NCBI GenBank assembly: GCA_039811685.1
Contig: JBDHZC010000002.1
Location: 256,001 to 320,000, forward strand
Length of the DNA stretch: 64,000 bases
Source of the DNA: Armatimonadota bacterium
GTDB taxonomy: Bacteria; Armatimonadota; UBA5829; DSUL01
Reading direction: 5' to 3'
Program-made: the position numbers and the translations under genes
Notes under the pieces: generated by a model
The model's input: only the letters and a program-made list of their open reading frames with translations
What the model was told of the DNA's origin: nothing
The model's database searches: none
Shown here: positions 11,113 through 18,771 of the stretch, one piece after another
Layout: each line of letters opens with the position of its first letter
How positions within the stretch are numbered: position 1 is the stretch's first letter

Positions 11113-12564
11113 GTGACTATTATGCGAATCTCTGGTTACACGTTGCTTCTCGTTTTCTTGAGCGCCATTTGCGGCGCTGCTTTCGCGGACGACGTGCCTG
11201 TCGCCTGCTACGGCACCTACGATATCAATGTCTGCTACTCCCCCTGGAGGGTTGTGCTGGCCGAGCCGGGCTATACCGGCGTCGTCATGCGCAAGGGGCC
11301 TTCCTTTGACGCCGAGCCGATCTACCGGCCGAACAACACGCCGGTGATTATTCCGATTGGCGACTTCGTAGGACGCGCCAGCAACCGGGACGGTGGCGTG
11401 GCCAACAACTGCCCAAGCCCCGGGCCGCGCAAAAACCTTGACGGGTGGTTGTGGGTGTACTGGCCGAACTACGCCAAGCAAGGCTGGATTCCTTACTCTG
11501 TCAACGGTGTGAAGTACGCTGTCGGGGACTCTTCTTACTCCGGCGTTCTGTGCGGCCCAGCCAAGTTCGATTTTGACTGCCGGTATCCCGGGAGCGCCTG
11601 CCCAAAATACCACGGGTGCGGTGGAAGTCCAGTGCCGGCGACAGCAACCTGTCCCGAGGAATCTACCTTCCGGCCCATCATTGCGGTTGGTTCGACTCCT
11701 TCAGAGCTTAGCGAGCAGAAGTACTATCTGCGCTACGGAATTGACAGCACAACGTATATGTGGCTTGTGCCCGGTGACATCGTTGAGCGCCACTGTTTTG
11801 CGTACGGAAGTGGCTACAACTGGAGCTGCGTGACAGTGGTGTGCGCGAAATACTGTCCGCATGGCGCGCGCGGGTGGGTGCGCTCGGATGCCCTGGGCGC
11901 TCCGATGAGCAAATCCGCAGCGGTTCCGTGCTACAACACACTGTTTCCTCCGGATGGCAGTGGGGTGTATGAAGACACACCTGGCGGCGCTAAGCGGATG
12001 CGAGACGGCGCTCCTGTTGTTATCTCCGGTGGCATCGTGACCGCAGCATTTCCCGATGCGTTCTACATAGAGTCTACTGACCGCAGCTCAGCCGTTCGTG
12101 TCGAGGGGGCCTCCACGCCTGTTGTCACCGGCCAGCGCTACGACATAGAAGGCCGGATTGGCACTACGCCCCAGGGTGAGCGTGTGGTGCAGGCTAGCTC
12201 AATTACCGCTGCGGGGACTGGCTGGGTAAGCCCTGTCCTGCTCCCCAACGCCTCGGTCGGAGGAGACGCGTGGTTTTACGATCCGATGCTGGGCTCTGGT
12301 CAGGCGGGAGCCTCTCCCGGCAACGGTCTGTCGAATGTTGGAATGCTCATCAGGACATGGGGCGTCGTCCGGAACGTAACAGCCTCCAGCTTCAGTGTCG
12401 ATGACGGGTCGGGTCAGCCTATCACATGCCTGCTACCCTCTGGCGTCTCCGCGCCAACGGGAGGGCATGTCTCTGTCACTGGTATTTGCGTCGTCAGAAA
12501 CACAGCGGGTGGACGACAGGCGGCGATACAGTTGCGCTCGGCCTCGGACATCCAACCCTCATAG
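11113..12564 (+). CDS. Secreted Cys-rich protein with two SH3b-like segments and the shared C-terminal domain
   Basis: Signal peptide; GWLWVY...KQGWIP and NWSCVTV...RGWVRSDAL resemble SH3b; the C-terminal ~195 aa are homologous to the C-terminus of 27129-30329. Confidence 0.75.
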   Translation: MTIMRISGYTLLLVFLSAICGAAFADDVPVACYGTYDINVCYSPWRVVLAEPGYTGVVMRKGPSFDAEPIYRPNNTPVIIPIGDFVGRASNRDGGVANNCPSPGPRKNLDGWLWVYWPNYAKQGWIPYSVNGVKYAVGDSSYSGVLCGPAKFDFDCRYPGSACPKYHGCGGSPVPATATCPEESTFRPIIAVGSTPSELSEQKYYLRYGIDSTTYMWLVPGDIVERHCFAYGSGYNWSCVTVVCAKYCPHGARGWVRSDALGAPMSKSAAVPCYNTLFPPDGSGVYEDTPGGAKRMRDGAPVVISGGIVTAAFPDAFYIESTDRSSAVRVEGASTPVVTGQRYDIEGRIGTTPQGERVVQASSITAAGTGWVSPVLLPNASVGGDAWFYDPMLGSGQAGASPGNGLSNVGMLIRTWGVVRNVTASSFSVDDGSGQPITCLLPSGVSAPTGGHVSVTGICVVRNTAGGRQAAIQLRSASDIQPS

Positions 12565-12570
12565 GCGCGG

Positions 12571-13101
12571 CTAAAGTTGCGGGAAGCCTCGCGGCGCAAG
12601 CGACGGCGCGATGCCTCCGCCGAGCATGCCGACTCCAAATATCAGCGCCATCACTCCCAGAGCGATTACGGCCAGTAAGATGCCGGTCTGCGTCATCGCT
12701 TTGCCTGCGGAGTCCATCTCACCCCTGTTCATCGCCGACAGATCAGAGCCGCCCATGACAATCGTCACCAGCCCAGTGAGAATCGGCAGCACACCACAAC
12801 AGCAGCACCCCATGAAAACGAGCACGATGCTGGCAATGCCCAGCCCCAGAATCAGCCCTCCCCGGTGAGGTCTCAGCCATACCGCCTGCGCGCTTTGAGG
12901 AGTTGCTGGAACGGGTGGAGCCCCAAACACAGAAGTGTCTTGAGTGGAGAACGAAGTGATCTGGGCTACAACGCCAGGGCTCTGAGGCTTCGGCGGTACC
13001 TGAAACGTGCGCTGGCAGCGGACACACATGGCGGGGTGTCCCGCGTGATGATCCTCCACGGTCATCTGCTGTCCACACTGGCATTGGATAGTGTAGCTCA
13101 C
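12571..13101 (-). CDS. Zn-ribbon plus DUF4190-like membrane protein (copy 2)
   Basis: CQCG...CVRC N-terminus; PHRGGLILGLGI TM; GEMDSAG; second TM. Confidence 0.75.
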   Translation of the reverse strand: MSYTIQCQCGQQMTVEDHHAGHPAMCVRCQRTFQVPPKPQSPGVVAQITSFSTQDTSVFGAPPVPATPQSAQAVWLRPHRGGLILGLGIASIVLVFMGCCCCGVLPILTGLVTIVMGGSDLSAMNRGEMDSAGKAMTQTGILLAVIALGVMALIFGVGMLGGGIAPSLAPRGFPQL

Positions 13102-13116
13102 AGTGTCAGACCAACC

Positions 13117-13581
13117 TCAAAAACCCCTGTGGGAATACGGGCTCAACTGAAAACCAAGAAACACTATCACTTCGATGACCCAGAGAAGCGCTGCGAGCAT
13201 GCCAAGAATCTTGCCGACATTAGTCACCCCTTCTCCTGAGGGGTCCATCTCGCCGCTGTGCATCTTCTTTATGTCACTGACTCCAAAGACCCACGCAATA
13301 GCCCCGACGAATCCACAGCACGGGATGAACCCGAGCAGCCCGAGCACAAGAACCAGAGACGCTCTGTGTGGTAGGCGATGACCTACGCCAGCCGCCTCCG
13401 GCAAAGCGTCAGAACCCATGCTGCTACGAGGCACCTCAGCTCTCACTACTGCACCAGCGTCTGCAGGCGCCTGCGGAACGCGCAGTCTCTGATGGCACTT
13501 TACGCAGATGACTTCGCGGCCGACATAGCTGTCGTCCACAGTCATGAGTTGGCCGCAGGGGCATTGGATAACGAAGCTCAC
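13117..13581 (-). CDS. Zn-ribbon plus DUF4190-like membrane protein (copy 1)
   Basis: CPCG...CVKC; PHRASLVLVLGLL; GEMDPSG; tandem paralog of 12571-13101. Confidence 0.75.
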   Translation of the reverse strand: MSFVIQCPCGQLMTVDDSYVGREVICVKCHQRLRVPQAPADAGAVVRAEVPRSSMGSDALPEAAGVGHRLPHRASLVLVLGLLGFIPCCGFVGAIAWVFGVSDIKKMHSGEMDPSGEGVTNVGKILGMLAALLWVIEVIVFLGFQLSPYSHRGF

Positions 13582-13602
13582 CAGTCAAGACTCCTTCGGG
13601 CT

Positions 13603-13632
13603 ACTCTACGGCAACGGAGCTTCTCGCGTCAA
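13603..13632 (-). promoter_or_regulatory. Putative sigma70 promoter for the DUF4190-like gene pair
   Basis: Minus strand TTGACG-18 nt-TAGAGT just upstream of the start at 13581. Confidence 0.45.
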
Positions 13633-13741
13633 GAGCAGTATCGCCGAACAGCAGTAAACCTATTGTGTGTGCATAATACCGGATATGCACAGGCGTGATT
13701 CCAGAGACGCATGGGAATACACACAGCGGAGATTGTTCAAT

Positions 13742-14479
13742 ATGAAACAACGGTCATTCTGGCTTGCCGCTGCTGCCGCAGCTCTTATTCTCAGCGGATG
13801 CAACACGGGAAGTATGGTCAGTACTGATCAGGAAGTGGATGTCGGGAGAAGATCTGCTGAAGAGGTGGAGTCTCAGTACCAGGTCATCACCGGGACAGCG
13901 GAGGCGCGCGAAATTCAAGCCATTGGAGACCGCCTCAAAGCCGTTCGCAACCGCCGGGACATTGAGTACCGCTTCAAACTGATTCGCAACAAAGACGTCA
14001 ACGCCTTCGCGCTGCCGGGCGGGTGGATTTACGTGGACAGCGGCCTGATGGACCTGCTGAACAAGTCGAGCGTTCCTGCCGGCTACCCTGGCAACCCGAC
14101 AAAGACGGACATGCTGGCTGGGGTTCTGGCGCACGAAATGGGGCACATTGAAGCGCGGCATCAGGCGAAAATGATGGGGCGCGCGGAGCTGTACGGCATT
14201 GCCCTGTCAACGCTCAGCAACAAGAACACACAGCAGTGGGCCAGTGTATTCGCCAACATTAACATGCTTCAGTACAGCCGCGCGGATGAAAATGAGGCGG
14301 ATGCGCTGGGCATCAAGTACTCAGCGGATGCGGGCTATAACCCTTACGGACTGGTGGCGTTTCTGGACCTGCTCAACCGGACTTCTAGCGCCGGTGGCAC
14401 ACCCGCGTTTTTGCGCACACACCCGAGCACGCCAGAGCGCATCGAGCGAACACGCAAGCTTGCGGCGCAGTACCGCTAA
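13742..14479 (+). CDS. M48 family Zn metallopeptidase, lipoprotein
   Basis: Lipobox LSGC; NAFALPGG; HEMGH; YSRADENEAD; THP; start taken at MKQR. Confidence 0.92.
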   Translation: MKQRSFWLAAAAAALILSGCNTGSMVSTDQEVDVGRRSAEEVESQYQVITGTAEAREIQAIGDRLKAVRNRRDIEYRFKLIRNKDVNAFALPGGWIYVDSGLMDLLNKSSVPAGYPGNPTKTDMLAGVLAHEMGHIEARHQAKMMGRAELYGIALSTLSNKNTQQWASVFANINMLQYSRADENEADALGIKYSADAGYNPYGLVAFLDLLNRTSSAGGTPAFLRTHPSTPERIERTRKLAAQYR

Positions 14480-14523
14480 AGCGCAAATCGTCACACTGCG
14501 GGCTTGTGGGTATCATCCCCGGT

Positions 14524-16674
14524 ATGAGCACATACTTTGCGGGAGACCCACAGACTTACCCGTTGACTTACGTCCCCTTTGGAGCGCAGTACTACCGCGC
14601 GCCCACTCCGAGGCCGGAGGACTGGGAATCAGACCTTGCGCAGTGCCGCGCGGCCGGGTTCAACACTGTGAAAATCTGGGCGCAGTGGCGCTGGAACCAG
14701 CCCGAGCCAGAGCGATTCGATTTCAACGATCTTCGCGAAATCATGGACATAGCGCAGTCGCAGGGGCTGAAGGTCGTCATCAACGCGATCCTGGACGGTG
14801 CGCCTGCGTGGCTGTTCCAGAAGTACCCGGGCTGCCATATGATTACGGCATCCGGGCAGAAGCTCACACCTGTGACAACCGCCTACCGTCAGACTGGCGG
14901 TGTGCCCGCGCACTGTTTTCACCATTTGGCGGCGCGCGCGGAGTCGGTGCGTTTTATGGAAGCGCTCAGTGCGGAGTTTGCCGATCATCCCGCGCTTGCC
15001 ATGTGGGATCTGTGGAACGAACCTGAGCTGACGGTTGGGCTTCTGCGGGAGCCGAAAATAGCCGATCTGGTGTGTCACTGCACGTCCTCCCGGGCGGAGT
15101 TTCTCATCTGGCTGAAAGAGCGTTACGGGACTATTGAGAAGCTGAACCGGGCGTGGTGGCGCAACTATCAAAGCTGGGATGAGCTGGAGTTGCCCATTCA
15201 GCCTCACACCTACCGGGACTTCATTGACTGGAGAGTATTCTTCACGGAGACGCTGCGCGATGAGCTAATCCGGCGCAAGGAAGCCGTGAGGAAATGGGAC
15301 AGGACGCACCCTGTCATGTGCCACACAGTGCCACCTCCGATTTTTTCCGTCACCTCGTCCGGGTCGGATGACTGGCTGCTTTCTGAACCGGGAGACCTGC
15401 ACGGCAACAGTGTAGGCTCTGAGCCGTTTGCGGCCGACCTGCTGCGAAGCGCCGCCCGCGGCAAACCCGTCATCAACGCTGAGATACACGCCCTCTCCGG
15501 AGGCACTTTTTCCCGCCCGCAGCCAGTGGGAGAACAGGAGATGAAGCGCCACATCCTGCGCCCTCTGGCGCACGGAATTAAGGGCTTCCTCTTCTGGCAG
15601 TACCGCGCGGAGCGCCTCGGCGCGGAATCACCAGCCTGGGGATTGACGATGCCAGACGGCACGGCTGCGCCGTGGCTGGCGCCGGTGGGCCGGATAGCCA
15701 GAGCGATACAACACGACGAGGGGTTCTTCCTGAGCGCCCGGCCGCGCACGGCCAGAGTGGCCATCCTGGCGGATCCACAAACGCAAGTGTTCTGCTGGGC
15801 GGGGACGCTGTCTGACGATGTGTACGCCCGCAGCCTCCGAGGCGCCTACGACGCTTTGCACCAGCGGGGATACGTGGTTGACTTCGTTCATCCCAGAGAC
15901 TTCGAAGCCGGAGTCCACGCGTCCTACAGCTGCCTCTATCTGCCAATTCCGTACTGGCTCTCACCACCAGTCGCCCTGGCCTTGCAGGAGTATGTGTCCG
16001 GTGGCGGGAGCGTGATCAGCGAGCTGTGGCTGGCTGCGTACGACAGCCAGGAAAACCTGCACTCCGCCGTCACTCCCGGAATGGGGCTTCACGAGCTCTT
16101 CGCCGTCCGGGAAAGCTTGACCTGGCCTCAAAGTGACAGGTTTTCCGCCTATGCTATGTGGCAAATTGCAGGTCAGGAAGATGCGGGAATGAATCTGATT
16201 CTGAAAAAGCCGATCGGCAATCTCGATGAGGGTGACGCGGTGCCGGTGCGTCTGGCGGTGAGTGAGTATCACGGCCAGGCAGAGACCCTGGCCAGGATGC
16301 CGGACGGGCAGTCTGTGGTTGCGGAAAACATTTTTGGGGACGGGCGCGCTATTGTCGCCGGAGCGCCCCTGGGTTACTCCGCCGCTTTCGCTCCTGACGG
16401 CGCTGCGGCGCAGTTGATATCGGGTCTGGTGGAGCGCTGTGTCGGCGGCCCTGAGCTGCAAATCGCCGGGCCCGGACGCGCTGATCTCCTCACTCTGGAC
16501 AGCCGGAGATTTCTGGTGGTGTCCAACGAATCTGAGGAATCCGACGTCATCCGAGTGCGCCTGTCAGGAAAAGTGAAAGGATTTCTGGGAAATGAACCTC
16601 TGCCAGCCACGCTTGAGGACTGGCTGGAGTTTGCACTTCCCAGCCAGTCCGTTGAGGCGTACTGGATCGAATAG
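14524..16674 (+). CDS. Beta-galactosidase-like glycoside hydrolase (GH42)
   Basis: FGAQYYR, WDLWNEP (acid/base), WLKERYGTIEKLNRAW, INAE (nucleophile), LFWQYR, C-terminal trimerisation domain. Confidence 0.85.
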   Translation: MSTYFAGDPQTYPLTYVPFGAQYYRAPTPRPEDWESDLAQCRAAGFNTVKIWAQWRWNQPEPERFDFNDLREIMDIAQSQGLKVVINAILDGAPAWLFQKYPGCHMITASGQKLTPVTTAYRQTGGVPAHCFHHLAARAESVRFMEALSAEFADHPALAMWDLWNEPELTVGLLREPKIADLVCHCTSSRAEFLIWLKERYGTIEKLNRAWWRNYQSWDELELPIQPHTYRDFIDWRVFFTETLRDELIRRKEAVRKWDRTHPVMCHTVPPPIFSVTSSGSDDWLLSEPGDLHGNSVGSEPFAADLLRSAARGKPVINAEIHALSGGTFSRPQPVGEQEMKRHILRPLAHGIKGFLFWQYRAERLGAESPAWGLTMPDGTAAPWLAPVGRIARAIQHDEGFFLSARPRTARVAILADPQTQVFCWAGTLSDDVYARSLRGAYDALHQRGYVVDFVHPRDFEAGVHASYSCLYLPIPYWLSPPVALALQEYVSGGGSVISELWLAAYDSQENLHSAVTPGMGLHELFAVRESLTWPQSDRFSAYAMWQIAGQEDAGMNLILKKPIGNLDEGDAVPVRLAVSEYHGQAETLARMPDGQSVVAENIFGDGRAIVAGAPLGYSAAFAPDGAAAQLISGLVERCVGGPELQIAGPGRADLLTLDSRRFLVVSNESEESDVIRVRLSGKVKGFLGNEPLPATLEDWLEFALPSQSVEAYWIE

Positions 16675-16711
16675 AGCCCGGAGGCGGATGTCTCTCCGCG
16701 CTCTCCCAGAT

Positions 16712-18157
16712 TCAGATGTCAAAATAGAGGTGGAACTCGTGATGGTGCGGACGCAGCCGGATCGCGTCCACCTCTTTTTTCCTCTTGTACTCGATCCACG
16801 TTTCGATCACGTCCCGCGTGAAGACATCACCGCGCAGCAGAAAGTCGTGATCGGCTTCCAGCGCCTCAAGCGCCTGCGCCAGATCGCCCGGCGTGCCCTT
16901 GATGTGGCGCGCTTCCTCCGGCGGCAGGTCGTAGATGTTCTTGTCAATCGGCTGACCCGGATCTATCTTGTTCTGTATTCCGTCCAGACCGGCCATCTGC
17001 ATCGCCGCGAAACAGAGATACCCGTTTGAGCTGGGGTCGGGGCAGCGAAACTCCAGACGCTTGGATTTTTCGCTCTGGAGGTAGGCTGGAATACGCACAG
17101 CCGCCGAGCGGTTGCGCTGCGAAAACACAAGGTTGATCGGCGCTTCATAGCCCGGGACCAGGCGGCGGTAAGAGTTGGTCGTCGGCGCGGCAAAGGCAAG
17201 CAGCGCCGGCGTGTGTTTCAACAGCCCGCCAATGTAATAGCGGGCCGTATCCGACAGCCCGGCGTATCCGTTCGGGTCCCAGAACTGATTCTTGCCGCCC
17301 TTCCAGATTGACGTGTGCACGTGCATTCCGGAGCCGTTGTCCATAAACAGGGGCTTGGGCATAAAAGTGACCGTCTTACCATACTGATACGCAACATTCT
17401 TGATGATGTACTTGTACTTCATCAGCATGTCCGCCATCGTCACCAGCGTGTTGTAGCGCAGGTCTATCTCAGCCTGGCCACCCGTTCCGACCTCGTGGTG
17501 GTGCAGCTCCACATCTACGCCCGCCCGCCGCAAAGCGCTGACCATCTCGGCCCGCAGGTTGTGCGTAGAGTCCATCGGCGGCAGCGGGAAGTAGCCCTCC
17601 TTGTGGCGGATCTTGTAGCCGGTGTTGTTGCCGCCTTCCCTGCGTCCGGAGTTCCATATCCCTTCATCGGAGTCAACGGCGTAGAAACCGGAGTTGGCCG
17701 ATTCCTTGAATCGGACATCGTCGAAAATGAAGAACTCCGCCTCAGGGCCCCAGTAGCTTGTGTCTCCCAGACCGGTGGATTTGAGATAGGACTCAGCTTT
17801 CTCCGCAATGTAGCGCGGGTCGCGGCTGTAGCGCTCACTGGTCATCGGATCGTGCACATTACAGATGATGGCCAGCGTTGAGTGTTCCATCATCTCGTCC
17901 ACAAAGGCGCTGGAAGGATCGGGCTTGAGGATCATGTCGGATTCCTGAATGTCCTGAAACCCGCGGATACTGGAGCCGTCAAATCCTGTCCCGTCCTCAA
18001 ACACTCCTTCGTTCAGATAGACAGACGGGATGGTGTAGTGCTGCCAGACGCCCGGCAAGTCAGTGAAACGGAAGTCAATGTACTCGATGTCGTTGTTCTT
18101 TACGAAATCGACAACGTCTTTCGCGCTTCCAAAAGTTGGCAACTTGTCCTCTGCCAT
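16712..18157 (-). CDS. glnA: Glutamine synthetase type I (GSI-beta)
   Basis: FDGSSIRGF, HHHEVG, TFMPKP..DNGSGMHVH, NRSAAVRIP, adenylylation-site motif NIYDLPPEE. Confidence 0.99.
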   Translation of the reverse strand: MAEDKLPTFGSAKDVVDFVKNNDIEYIDFRFTDLPGVWQHYTIPSVYLNEGVFEDGTGFDGSSIRGFQDIQESDMILKPDPSSAFVDEMMEHSTLAIICNVHDPMTSERYSRDPRYIAEKAESYLKSTGLGDTSYWGPEAEFFIFDDVRFKESANSGFYAVDSDEGIWNSGRREGGNNTGYKIRHKEGYFPLPPMDSTHNLRAEMVSALRRAGVDVELHHHEVGTGGQAEIDLRYNTLVTMADMLMKYKYIIKNVAYQYGKTVTFMPKPLFMDNGSGMHVHTSIWKGGKNQFWDPNGYAGLSDTARYYIGGLLKHTPALLAFAAPTTNSYRRLVPGYEAPINLVFSQRNRSAAVRIPAYLQSEKSKRLEFRCPDPSSNGYLCFAAMQMAGLDGIQNKIDPGQPIDKNIYDLPPEEARHIKGTPGDLAQALEALEADHDFLLRGDVFTRDVIETWIEYKRKKEVDAIRLRPHHHEFHLYFDI

Positions 18158-18432
18158 TGGTGGCCTTACTTCCTTTCATTCTCTACATGGCGCGCGTCTT
18201 GCCCGCGGCCTCCCACTCTGTGCACAGGAGAGGAGGCCAACTGACCTGGACTGCCCCGGTTGGTTATGCCCGCCGTTAATCCTCGTCTGGACGGAATACT
18301 GGCGGCGGTATTCAGCCAGTCCACCGCCGTTATGGGCGCTCTGGCTATATCAGCTTTCAGGCTGCCTGTGGTTCTCGGCGCTCTTGTCGGTCAACAAGGC
18401 TTTTCCGAAATCGTCATGCGCCTCTTGCAGCG

Positions 18433-18771
18433 CTAAATCGAGTCTTCTCCGCGGTCACCGGTACGCACCCGCACGGATTCCTCAACGGGTAGCACAAAGA
18501 CTTTTCCGTCTCCGATCTCCCCCGTGCGCGCGGCCCGCACTATGGCATTGATAACGTCTTCCTTGCGCTCGTCTTCGCAGACAATCTCCAGCTTGATCTT
18601 TGGGAGGAGATCGATAGTGTACTCCAGCCCGCGATACTTCTCCACCTGACCCATCTGCCTGCCGTGCCCGCGCACCTCAGTCACCGTCAAGCCAGTCAGC
18701 CCCAGCTCTTCAAGAGCGTCCTTGACTTCCTGCAGCTTATGCGGCCTGATAATCCCAATCACCATCTTCAT
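18433..18771 (-). CDS. glnB: P-II nitrogen regulator
   Basis: IIRPHKL, GHGRQ, YRGLEY (Tyr51 retained), TGEIGDGKVF; start overlaps the glnD stop (ATGA). Confidence 0.93.
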   Translation of the reverse strand: MKMVIGIIRPHKLQEVKDALEELGLTGLTVTEVRGHGRQMGQVEKYRGLEYTIDLLPKIKLEIVCEDERKEDVINAIVRAARTGEIGDGKVFVLPVEESVRVRTGDRGEDSI

